A stretch of DNA of 64,000 nucleotides from Paragordius varius (lineage: Eukaryota; Animalia; Nematomorpha). The position numbers were made by a program, and so were the translations under genes. Position 1 is the stretch's first letter. Every line of letters starts with the position of its first letter. Of this stretch, positions 25,401 through 37,392 are shown piece by piece. A model generated the notes under the pieces. That model searched no databases and was not told the origin of the DNA. It saw only the letters and a program-made list of their open reading frames with translations. The stretch covers positions 3,658,001 to 3,722,000 of the forward strand of contig OZ176051.1 of the NCBI GenBank assembly GCA_964247055.1, given 5' to 3'.

Positions 25401-28400
25401 ACAGAAAAATAATGGTTTAATAATTATTTTTAATATGAAAGCATAAATTTTATATACCAGGCAATATCTAATTAATTTACAGAATTGCATTTAAGTTATT
25501 GATTGATTGGCTACTACAGTTATATGCGTGTTTAGTATAATTACTTATTCGATTTCTAATATTTTGTCTTTTTCTTTTTTTACAGATAAATGGGGAAAGA
25601 GATATTTCGGAATCCAGAGAAACTCCAGAAGGTAGGATTGATATATATAAATAATTTGAAATGTTCATACAATTAACACAAGTTTTTAATTTTTGTCATA
25701 GCCTCGTCTTATAGAGATCCGTTTGAAGGGAACACAGTCATATTCCCTATCAATGAGATTAAAAGTAAAATATCCATTATTTTTAAACGAATAAAATGCA
25801 CACATTAATAAATTGTTATAGGCATGAAAGCTGAATGTTTGGATAATCAAAAAATCAGATATTTCATACAATTTTCCAAACCGTTTGAGGGTGAACTTTA
25901 TGTTAAAGGGAAATACAGGTACCCCAATTGCAAATGGCCAGGATTAAGTCACCAAAAGTAATATTACAGAAATCTATTTTAAAACTAAGGCTTCAGTTTG
26001 ATGATAACATTTTGTTGAATTGTATTAAAAGCAAAAATATAGAGTTGTCTTTTAATTGGTTGAAATCTTAAAATGGGTTTAAATCATTAGCGAACTATGT
26101 TCTCCAATGAAAAAGTTTCTGCTTAAATTTCTTTAAATTTAATTATTATTTTGATTATTATTCTTTTCATTATAATACAGCTTTTTAGACATCGATATTG
26201 ACATCAAAGAATGTGATACCGCTTGGAAAGACAATGTAATCAATTTCTATTGATCATTTATTTTTAAACGGTTTCTCTATCACTTTTAATTTTGAGTAAT
26301 GTAAAAGTTTTCAAAATATTAAAAGAATATTTCTATTTTTTAAACCTTTTTGATATAATTTTATTCATTTAAAGAAAATTTGTATCGGTATTGGTTCTAA
26401 ACAAAAAATAAATTTTAAATAATCGTTAGAAAAATGATCCACAAATCGTACTTATAATTAAAATGGAACGAGATTGGCCAATCTTAACTTCTCATGATAA
26501 AGCATTTCTGATTGTTTGTGAAGGATATGCTGAATATCAAAGCTCTCAAGTTCTATTCTTGAAACTTAAAACATAATCAATACAATACACACCAATTAAT
26601 TTAAACATATATTTTTAACATTTATCTTGTTATGTTTTTAGGTGGAACGGAACAAAGAAATTTTGGAAGAAGAAAAAAATTATGGAGTTACAGTGCCGTA
26701 AGTTTCATTTTACTATAAATTTCAATATTTTTTGCCAAATAATGAGTAAAAACTCGTTAACAGGAAAATAAATAATAAAAATTAATGAGTTTAATCTTTA
26801 CAAAGCTTTTATTGGAAAGAATGCAAACGTCGATGCGATAAATTGACTTTGTTTTTGGCGGGGAAAATGGTATCAAAATTAAGTATTTATTTGGAATTAA
26901 GAAAATAATTTGCGAATTGTAAGTTTAACGCAGTCATTTTCTTCTTACTTTACTTGTTAAAGATTTGGGCATCTGATGAATGATACAATAACACAACAAT
27001 TTTATTATATATCTTATAAGTTTGAGTTAAGCTAGGCGCTCATATCAATGGCGAATGTTATATGCAACAAACAAATATCTCTATATGATTAGGATCCATA
27101 AAATTTCATTATAAAATCTCATATACATATTAATCGAGTAATTAAGATAATATCTTACCCTCTAAGCTTATAGACTGTAATTTCTAACATAAATTGATCT
27201 TGTTTCATATATTTTTATACCAAATTGCAGATCCATATATGTAATAACATTTTACCCTATTGATTTTAATATTCCATTAAATGGAGCAGGCACAGACTAT
27301 GGGTGGGGTGATCAAAAAATTTTTTTGGCTTGACTTACAAGTTTTTTAAGTCATTGCTTGCTTTCATGTGATAAAGAAAATTTAACATTAGGCGACTTAA
27401 GTCAAGCAAGAAAACTCGATTCAGAGGTGATAAAACATCATATGATCAAGTAAAACTTATAGATTTTCCAAATGTGGCATAGGGCACACTTGACAGATTA
27501 TAAAATATGGATAAGAGTATTTTGGAAACTGTATATGTAATTTAGGTTTTATATGTAAATAAAACCTTCTTTAATTATAAAAATTGTTTATTTGATAAAT
27601 TTTCGCTAATTAACCTATTCAAATTGGGTGGATACAAAAGAGGATAAATTTTTAGAAAAACTCTGCTAATATTTCAGATCGCATATAAAAATATGCTAAA
27701 TATATCAACCCGCAAAAAATATTCGAAAATTTATTGAAATTAATATTTAAATATTAATCTTGTAAAATTTCAAATCTTCGTTTAACAAACGCTAAAGGTT
27801 ACTTACTATTAACTAATGAAAAGAATTTATTATATCATAAATTTATTTCGAATGTAGTGATAATCAATTAAAAATAATAATATGTTGTATTGTGTAAACA
27901 TCCTCCCATTATATTTGCAATGGACTCCAAACAAAATAAGTAGTGTGGTAAAATAAAAGATTGTTTTAAGGGCGAATGGTTTCATCAACTTAAAAATTAT
28001 CATCGGGCTCAATAATTAGAAAAATCTATAGTATTAAATAAAATACGTGCCAGTGATTCTGAAAAACTTGAATAAATGCATATATTATTGATTGTTTATC
28101 TTTTTGTGCATTACTTCATATATTTTGGCTGGAAATGATCAAAATAATTTCCGTAAAATTCGAATTGAGTGGCAAAAAATGTTACATTCATAAGCAAAGA
28201 CTTGACTTAAGTGATTTTTATCACCGATCTTCAAGTGTACACTTGCTGGCTTAAGTAAACTTGCTCAACCTGCCACACATGACTTACAAGTCAAGTGCGA
28301 TTTTTTTATCACCCCACCCTATAAATATTTGCAGTTATAAACCTTTTTTTCACGATTTTTAGGGGATTAACAACGCAAGTTATATCAGCCAAGCCCGTTG

Positions 28401-30225
28401 GCCCGTTTGCTGCTAGTCATGTGATTCCGGTCCCAAGCACATCCATGAAAGTCACAGCTAATAAAGATATAAGGGCTCAGGGCAGCAATCTTCTTCTCTT
28501 GGGACATGTTGGAAGTGTGGTTGTAACTTCAAATGATGCCAGTATTATTTTATATAATAATTCATTACATTACAAATATTAATTAATATTCATTTCAAGT
28601 TTATCATTTTTAATCTTTTTATAATAAAATAAAAGTATTGAAAGGGCGTGAGAGGGATAAACTCGCTAACGCGAGTCCTTTAAGAAAGTTAAAAAACAAT
28701 TTCCATATGTATTGTATCTTTAACACTTGGATACAACACATTCATTTTGGTCCTTCGATTCAAATTGGGGTAGTTAAATACCCCAGGCCTGTTTAAAATT
28801 AAATTTTTTAAAAAGTATGGAAAGAATCGAAATTATGGCAAAATTTTGCACTTATATAATATTAATAAACCGAAACATAAAAAACATTATTCAAAAATAC
28901 TTGATATAACTTATTTTAAGCTTAAACCGAAAGGTAAAAATTTCGGCAACGTGACATGTTCGAAATGGTAAAATTAAAAAATAATACAAAATAAACCGCT
29001 TTTTCTATTTCTATCAATGTTAGATGTAATTTAAATTAAATTAGCTTTAATTTTACCCTTAAAATTAAATGAAGACGATATTTTGCAAAAATTTTATAAA
29101 ATAAAAATGGCGGCGAAGTAGTTTGACATGGAATTTTTTTTTCATAACAAATTTTTATCAAGATATTTCGGTTTTATAATATAATTTTTATTAGGATAGA
29201 AGCATAAATTTAAATTGGGACAGTTTCCTTCAGTAGTTTTTTAAAAATCCTAACTCAAATTTAGTCTGGGGTATTTAGATACCCCAAATTGAATCGAAGT
29301 GTTAATACATTTGCTTATCATCCATAAAAGGGTGTTGTAAAAAATAGGTTTTATTTAGATAATAATGGAATTTTTAAAATACACACTACACAATAGTCTG
29401 CTTTTATCTATTTTAGCCAATTATGATTTATTTGTCAATGAATGTTTTGCCCATGATGGACTGAATTCAAGCCAAGTCGATTTGATTGATTCCAAAGGGT
29501 AATTTAATATAATTTATTATTTCTCGCTAAATGTGTATAGGAATAGAACCTAAATTAATGGCGATATATTAGGTGTCCCATTCATCGCAAGTTTGTTGGA
29601 TTTATGCGTTATGAATCAGACAAGGACCAGGGAAAGACTTATGGATATTTTAGATTTAAAATATTCAAATTTCCTGACAGCAACAATGTATATTTCAGTT
29701 GTCGTGTCCAGCTATGTTTACGTGAATGTCCAAAAGTATATTCAATTTTTTTTGTAAAAACGCTGCTCATTACGTCAAAACGAGAATGTTTTAAAAAAAT
29801 TATTAATTTTATGTTTTTAGCCAAATTGTGAAACGCAAAAACGTCAAAAACGAAGTTCTTTAACGTCCCCTTACATTATAAGATTCATCAATTCAAGTCG
29901 CAATGCACCAAAAACATCTGAGACAAATTTTAAAATAGGTCCATTACCATATTCTATAATAATAACGAAAGCGGAAATCAATGGTTCCAATAATTTAAAT
30001 TCTCCAAGATTACTAAAGACACCATACATTACCAAAATTAACCCTCATTCAAACCCATCGAAGCAACAAACACAAACCATTCAAACATTAAATACAAATA
30101 TCTTAAAAGAAAGCCTAATATACTTTTTATTATTTACAATTCTTACGATAGTTTGTTTGATTTCTTTGTTTTTAATAATTTATTTTTCGTTTTTTGCCAA
30201 ATGTATGCAATCATCTAAAACTTGA
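22499..30225 (+). CDS. ZP-domain transmembrane protein (cuticlin/dusky-like), 15 exons, about 725 aa
   Basis: Exons 22499-22534, 22661-22832, 23208-23531, 23610-23687, 24908-25170, 25586-25631, 25702-25764, 25822-25957, 26181-26235, 26430-26549, 26642-26697, 28363-28541, 29417-29498, 29573-29735, 29821-30225 join in phase. They give a signal peptide, ZP-N (ECLD..KPFEGELYVKG..C..DKAFLIVC), ZP-C (LFVNECFAHDG..LIDSKGCP..FKFPDSNNVYFSCRVQLC), a furin site RQKR and a C-terminal TM helix. Confidence 0.85.
24217..24602 (+). mobile_element. Non-autonomous Helitron (in ZP gene intron)
   Basis: A|TCTATATATTT...GCTGC-GTA-GCAGC hairpin..CTAG|T, inserted at an AT dinucleotide with no TSD. Confidence 0.8.
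27301..28319. mobile_element. PIF/Harbinger-like MITE, about 1.02 kb (in ZP gene intron)
   Basis: TIRs GGGTGGGGTGAT and ATCACCCCACCC with a 3-bp TSD TAT. An inverted sister copy lies at 45619-46641. Confidence 0.75.
28724..29301. mobile_element. piggyBac-like MITE, copy 2 (in ZP gene intron)
   Basis: TTAA|CACTTGGATAC...GAATCGAAGTG|TTAA. Confidence 0.8.
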
Positions 30226-30813
30226 TTTCAAACATTTATGTTAATTTTTAAGCCTGCACTGCCGTGAGACCAATTTCAATAAAATTTTACACTTTTAAAC
30301 TTTTTATTTGATACTCTATGGCGAAACTCGCAATTTGTGGATATTATTTTTTAATTTTTGAAAAAATTTTGTACAAAAAAATGGAATCAGATTATGCCAA
30401 CTGAAATTATAATCTAAATCTGGGTTGTCAACAAGTGGCCCTCGCTTTCTGTGCGGCCCGCGGAAAATTTTGAATCCATAATTATCAAAGGTAAAATAAA
30501 TAGTCCTTAGACATTTTAATGTGTATCTAAACAGCAAGAACGAAAATTATTTTTGCATTCCGTTTTTTTTTAAAATCTAATTAATTATTTATGAATGCCC
30601 CATATATATTTCGAATGCAACCCGTCGTAATTTTTGAGCTAAAAATGGGCCCGCAAAGCCATTTGTGTTGGAATTTCTGATCTAAACGGCAGAGTAACAA
30701 TTATGTTTTGTCTATTAGAATATATAAATACTTTATTATATTTTATGTGTACAACATATAATAGAAACACAGATATATAACTTGATGCTAAACATCTCCA
30801 CTCAGAATTATTT

Positions 30814-30917
30814 AGTTTCATATCTCATTAAATATTTTTGTTGTATAATTTGAATTTTAGTTAATATTTTAATTTTATTTTTTACGTTTGACAAAGATTA
30901 CTAGTAGTAATCGCGAA
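30814..30917 (+). repeat. Third fragment of the Penelope-like terminal sequence
   Basis: TAGTTTCATATCTCATTA...TTTTACGTTTGACAAAGATTACTAGTAGTAATC matches 1605-1701. Confidence 0.7.
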
Positions 30918-31326
30918 ATTCACCCAATATATACATTTAATTTTAGCTTAATTATAAATGCAATAATAATAATATAGCTAATGCTGAAATATTCTTTCAC
31001 CTCGGATTTTTAGGACATTTTTTCGTCTATTATGTTGATATAATATTTTCACACATTTGTTACTGCATGCCTCAAAAAGGCAAAAAATTCTTGTTAAAAA
31101 ACGGATTTTTGAACAAAGTATGCATTATTAAGATGTGCGATGCCATATCCTCCCAAACATTAAAATTTTTTATAGCCAAATCTCAGCATTTTCGCATTAA
31201 TATTAAGAAAACTTATGTATGAGAAAGCTAAAAGTTACGCGATTAGCTTATAAAACACAGCCTATTTAGAGCGGCAAAAAATTTGGATAAAAATATTGTT
31301 TTGATTATATAACTATGATGAATTAA

Positions 31327-32403
31327 CATTTGGATACAACACAATCATTTCAGTCCTTCGATTCAAATTGGGGTTGTTGGATACCCAGGTCTTTTTAAAA
31401 TCAAATACTTTAAAAAGAATGGAAGGAATCGAGGCCATGGCAAAATTTTGCACTTATATAACATAAATAAACCGAAATATTTTAAAAATTTTATTCAAAA
31501 ATATTTGATATTACTTATTGTAAGCTAAAACCGAAAGGTAATTTTGTCAACGTGACATGTGTGAAATGGTAAAATTAAATAATAATACAAAATAAAACGC
31601 TTTTCTATAATGTTAGATGTAATTTAAATAAAAAATTAGCTTTAATTTTACCCTTAAAATTAAATGTAGACGATATTTTGCAAAAATGTTGTAAAATAAA
31701 AATGGCGTCGAAGCAGTTTGACATAGAACCTTTTATTTAAAACGAAATTTTATTTAGATTATTTGGTATATTAATATCATTTTAATTAGGATAGAAGGAC
31801 ATATTTAAATTGGGCCGTTTCTATCAGTAGTTTTTTATTAATTTCATAAATATAGTCTGGCATATTTAGTACCCCAATTTGAAGCAAAGTGTTAAATTGG
31901 GCCCTGACTATATTTAATTTAATTTTTTAAAAAGATACTGAAAGAAACAGTCTTAAATTAAATTTGGGCTTCTATCCTTAAATTAATTATAAAAAAAAGC
32001 CAAAATATAATTTGGCTTTGAAAAAAATTTCCATCTACCCGACGCCATTATTTTACAACATCGTGCCTATTTCATTTTAACGCCAAAAAATAAGGCTAAT
32101 TTTTTATTTAAATCATTTCTAAATCGATAGAAAAGAGGTGTTTTTTGGATACTTTTTATAATTAGCTAATGTACATTTATCATATTGACTTAATTTTTAC
32201 GATGAGGTATATCCATAAAATAAGTATATAAAGTTATTTTGTATGAATCTTTGTTTAATTTTTGGTACAACAATGGAATAGCCAACTTTTGCCATAATTT
32301 TAATCCCTTCCATATTTTTAAGTATTTAATTACAAACAAGCATGGGGTATCTAACAACCCAGATTCGATAAAAGGACTAAAATGAATGTGCTGGATCCAA
32401 GTG
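31327..32403. mobile_element. Two adjacent piggyBac-like MITE copies in opposite orientation (31327-31891 and about 31900-32403)
   Basis: TTAA-flanked CAC...GTG termini and internal homology to 28724-29301. The second copy has a decayed left end. Confidence 0.7.
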
Positions 32404-32767
32404 TTAAATATAGTATATCATATAATGATTTTTTTTGGAATAAAACACAACATTAATTAAAAAAATTTATTTGTTATAATGTGCCTAATTTTGCTATTTT
32501 TTAATATCGCCGCAAACGTAGTAACATTTTCGTATCATTTTGCTTCAAAACCAGATAATCCTGATACATTTATCCATAAGACTATACAAATTTTATGCTG
32601 ATAATTTTGCCCCCCAATTTTGGACACAAAGTATTTGATATATTTTACTAAGATCATCCCCGATTTGCATCATATTTTGACTAATTTTATCACTCTATCA
32701 TAGATCGGGTATTTTAACCCTGTTTAACGGGAAAAAGCTGAGTCATTGACTTAAATGTAAAAAACAC

Positions 32768-33938
32768 ATGTCAAAAGTTAGCCTCAATATTATTTTTGTG
32801 ACTTCAAATAAGAATAAATTGAGAGAGGTAAAACAAATATTAGGTGATGCACTGCCCATACAGGTATAGAAATTAACTATATTAGATTGTGGCCTATGAA
32901 ACAGATTTATTAGAGTTTCAATGTCGAGATCCTGACGATATTACTCGCGCAAAATGTATTGAAGCAGTTCGAATAGTTACCACTGATTATGAGTGGATTT
33001 CCAATAATTTTAAGATTTTACCCAAACAACCGTCAACAACACCTCTTTTAGATCCTAATAATCCCTCTTTCATTATGATTGAGGATACCGCATTAAATTT
33101 TAATGCCTGGGGTGGTTTTCTTCCTGGTCCTTATGTAAAATGGTTTCTTTTGGCTTTATCATCGGAAGGTAATAATGGTTAGATATAAATAACGCCTGTT
33201 ATATTTATTACATTAATTTTTCACGTTTAATAGCACTTCCAACAATAACATATCAGTGAATATATTATATTATGATATTTTTTAGGTCTATACCAAACTC
33301 TCTCAGGCTTTGAAGATAAGTCCGCATCAGCAGTATGTACTTTTGCTTTGTATACGGCACCCGGTTTATTTTTAAAATCTCACATCGCTACAAACGTCAC
33401 TCTTTACAGTAAAAATAAATCATCTTATCTCCCGAACCGTAGAAGTAAAAGTTTAGCAGTGGATCAACTTAATTCAGTTATTGTAAATGAATCTCATTCA
33501 GCCATAGACTCCAATAATAAACAAACCATAAATGGCACAAATTCTTCGGCCATTATACATCCTCAACCTCAGCAAGAAACAAATCTGGATGTGGATGAGA
33601 ATGGGGCAATACCAATCAATGGTGATAATGTTTCATTTCTCGATTTCAGTCAAGATATACCCAAAGTTTCCGACATTCTTTTGTTTAAAGGTTCCGTCCC
33701 AGGGACAATAGTATCCCCTAGGGAGCCAAATGACACTCAACGCCAGAAAGGCCAGGGTGGTTTTGGTTGGGATCCATGTTTTGAACCTGATGGAGGAGTT
33801 AACAGTAATCTGGCCAGTAATGATCCTGGTCGACTCACATTTTCCCAAATGACATCTGCTCAAAAAAATGCAATTTCTCATCGCAGCAAAGCCCTTATTA
33901 ATTTACGCAATTTCCTTATTAAAAAGTATTTAGCCTGA
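32768..33938 (+). CDS. ITPA: Inosine triphosphate pyrophosphatase (Ham1 family), 3 exons, 343 aa (32768-32863, 32886-33168, 33286-33938)
   Basis: [72 protein letters not shown] and KNAISHR. Intron 1 is 22 nt. Confidence 0.95.
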
Positions 33939-35505
33939 TGCTACACACATAACTTTTGCAATGACATTAATATCGAATTTTTTGCGTGTATATATTCACA
34001 TAATTTATAAATTCTCGCTAAAATGTATATGTAAAATATCTAAAATCTTTTTATTCTGTGATGCCTTTAATTAATAAATGTATTTGTTTCATTGAAAGAC
34101 CATAGGGTACAGTTAAGTGATTTCGGGTGTATTATGGGAGTCAATTTAATTATAACAGAAATAACCGCTTTCTTTTAATGATGCTTTGATAAATTTTAAT
34201 AGCTGCTTTTCTTTATGGTTTATATTTTTAATTAACTCAAATATTCAAATTTTATTTTATTTTTCGCATATAATTCGAATTGGGTTTTTGCTTTTTTCAG
34301 TAATAGATACCACAATTGGTAGACATTTTATATTAGGTACTTTGGATCGTTTTAGAACAAAGGTTTTTTGAGTTTATTTTTCTTGACTAAAGATAGAGAT
34401 GCCGCACAAATTTTGGCCGTAAATTCAAATTAATAATTTAATATTTTGACCAATATAATTTTACTTTTTTTTGTAATCTCAATATTTTATGGATTCGTTT
34501 ATTTTAGTCATTTCATAATTCCTTGTTGGTATTATATATCGTCTAGCTTTTCTTTTTTTTTATTTTTTCTAACTATTGAGAAAATGTCTTTATACAGCTC
34601 TTACGTGTTTTTAGTTTATCCTTTGATAAAATTTTAAGACTTATTAAATTTAATTATAGATTATTTCAAATTAGCAATAATTGGAAAAAAAGGTAGTGTA
34701 TTTTTGGTAATCAAAACGGTTTTAATACCGGGAAAAGCTATTGTTTTACAATATGTCTGATTTTTTATAATATAATTAAATAGAATACTCAAATTAGTTT
34801 CATATCTATGAATTTGCCATTATTGGGCGATTAATAAAATTATTTTTGCAATGTCATTTGCCATCAAACATAGTTTCCATCACAGAATTTATATAAATAT
34901 GATCTCCCATTTTATAAATTATAAAAAATATCGCTTGAGTAGAAAAATTACATGATACAATTTTTTTGGTTAAAAATGAGTCTTAATACTGGTTTCTAAT
35001 AAAAATTATAAGGCATGGGTTAAGTTTATTGGATTATTGGCTGTAGTTTTGGAAAAAAATTAAGGGGAAACCGAAATATTTCATAAAAAATATGCTTAAT
35101 CGCCTATGAGTTTAAAAATGTAGCGTATACATGTTGAAGAAATTGTTGTCGAATATGGAAGCTATATTGGGCATACTTATCCCCAATGAATTTCATTAAT
35201 TTTATTTGACTATTAAGCCAAAAATATGCCAAAAAACCTTTGTTATATTTCATGTAACTTTGCAAAACCCTCATTAATTTTTTCAAAAAAATATATTTAG
35301 GAAACAATGGCAAATTATTTGTTAAAACGCGTACCCATACTTTTATTATTTATTAGATCTTTAACCATTTATAATTGCGGATTTAGAAATAATTTGATTT
35401 GAAAAAATTACAGACTTACAATTATATGCCCATAGGTTTCTCGATTACGGCGTCTGATAAAAGTCCTACTTTAATTTATTTGATTAAATCAATTTAAATT
35501 TATTT

Positions 35506-36828
35506 TTAGAGCGAATTCACGCATGGCAAGTAAGATATAACATATTTCCTGTACTCCTGATTGAATATGATATTAAAATAAAATGTACATGTGACATAGG
35601 TGTATTCCAAGAGGCTAAGCGATACGTATAGACTGCTATATGCCACCAATGTCATGCGTGATATGACAAACCATCCCAACATTTGTACAATAGTTATGGG
35701 TAATATAAGGACAAAAAATTCGGCCGTTAAAACAGCCAATGTTTTAGCATGTTGTCTGTTTTGACTGGCCCGCTTTTGAGTTCGGCTTGTTTTATCTCTA
35801 ACGCTTCCGTTTTGAGTTGTAGAACACGATGCCACACCGATTCCTTTATCACGAGTAGTCAGGTGTGTTGGTTTAATTTTATTTATTTTCCATTTCTTTA
35901 AGGGTGTCACGTTTAAATTGATAGATGCGGCTCGGGATAATTGGTGTAAATTAGTTAGGGTTGTCGTGTGCGTAGAACCTGAGATACCTTCAGTTATTAC
36001 TATATTCTTTTGTAAAATGTTGAACTTAAAGAAGAGCACCGTTAGAAATGGTAATATTTTGACAAAAAGTCCCCGTAAAAATTCGTAACTCAGCCACCAA
36101 TTCTTGTGACGAGGATTTGGACCCCAGGGTTGTTTGTTAAAGGTATAAGTATACATACTTAGTAATTCAGAAATGTTAGTATCAGATTGTACAATGCCTT
36201 TTTTTCGCCAATACTCAATGGTCGTAGTTGTGGGACAAACATTTACTTTGACCACTTTGAACCATCGATAAGTTGGAAAGTTCCAGAGAAAGCAATAAAG
36301 GGCGCAAAACAACATTGCTAACCGTACCCGACCAAATGTTACCCACGTTTTGTATTTAAATGGTTTGAAAGTTGCAATGAGTTGGTTCGTAAAGTAGAGA
36401 AGGTATGCAAAAACACTAAAAGCAATCAGTGATTTAGTAAGAATAGGGTCTACATACGCCAAATAAGAGATCCAATATTGGCTATTCCATACAGGATTTT
36501 CTATTCCATCGCCAAACAGTTTTAGCGCAGGTGAAGGTATCATGAAGAAAGTATTTATAAGATTTATGATGAAAAACTTTTTTAACAGATATTGATTTAT
36601 ACCGAGCTTTAAGGTTCGAGCATTATCTTTCCGTTGACCACGAATCATGTATATGGCATAAGCATTTCCAAAAATGCCCAAAATAATCAGTAAAATGGAT
36701 ACAACTTTGTACAAAATCGTTATTGGATTGTCCAGGTAGATGTCAATGTTTTTGTAATTTATACAACTTTGTGTGGTTTTATAGCTTGCTGCTGAGGAGC
36801 CGTTCTTTAACACATTCTCCATTCTCAT
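35506..36828 (-). CDS. Intronless divergent rhodopsin-like 7TM receptor, 440 aa, paralog of 13056-14339
   Basis: TM1 LGIFGNAY. It shares the blocks GDG..N.VW.S..W, YLLYF.NQ, YRWF.V....CP, YE..RGL...ILPFL and H.KTL....EF..LILP with the first receptor. Confidence 0.8.
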   Translation of the reverse strand: MRMENVLKNGSSAASYKTTQSCINYKNIDIYLDNPITILYKVVSILLIILGIFGNAYAIYMIRGQRKDNARTLKLGINQYLLKKFFIINLINTFFMIPSPALKLFGDGIENPVWNSQYWISYLAYVDPILTKSLIAFSVFAYLLYFTNQLIATFKPFKYKTWVTFGRVRLAMLFCALYCFLWNFPTYRWFKVVKVNVCPTTTTIEYWRKKGIVQSDTNISELLSMYTYTFNKQPWGPNPRHKNWWLSYEFLRGLFVKILPFLTVLFFKFNILQKNIVITEGISGSTHTTTLTNLHQLSRAASINLNVTPLKKWKINKIKPTHLTTRDKGIGVASCSTTQNGSVRDKTSRTQKRASQNRQHAKTLAVLTAEFFVLILPITIVQMLGWFVISRMTLVAYSSLYVSLSLLEYTYVTCTFYFNIIFNQEYRKYVISYLPCVNSL

Positions 36829-37392
36829 ACGATGATATTAATAGTGTGTATTCGCGTCTTTGTGCATAGACACATAAATCTTATTCCGTTAATTTATACA
36901 ATTAAATTTCTAACTAAATTCAGGTAGCAATAAAATTCATTCTCTCCTATTTTGTTAACACCTTTTGTTAAAAATTAATAGAATATTTTTTGTTTTCTTA
37001 TCAATTTTAAGCCAATCCAAAAAGGAAATTATCACACGAAACACAAAGGATTACAAGATGTACAGAAATTTACACTACAATTACTCTGCTTTGCGTTTGA
37101 ATTATTAATTTGCCTATTTTTAAGGTTTTGGCACACAAAGAAATATACTAATATTTTTTATAATAATATAATTAATTTGGCCGTATCCAGGTAGTGATTT
37201 ATAATAAAAATATTTTTTAGTGATAATTATTATAAAAATCACTTTGTCTTTTCACAAAAAAATCTCGGGAAAAAACCAAAGATTGCATGAATTAACAAAT
37301 AATTGTATACCTACCAGATGAGGTAGGAGAATAAAAATAAATAAAGAATAAATTAATTTATTAAATAAACAAATACAATTTTTTTTAACATA

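Noticed and set aside
25990-26045. Extra ZP exon KLQFDDNILLNC after a 32-nt intron
   Set aside because: It is phase-compatible but not required, and skipping it keeps normal ZP-N cysteine spacing.
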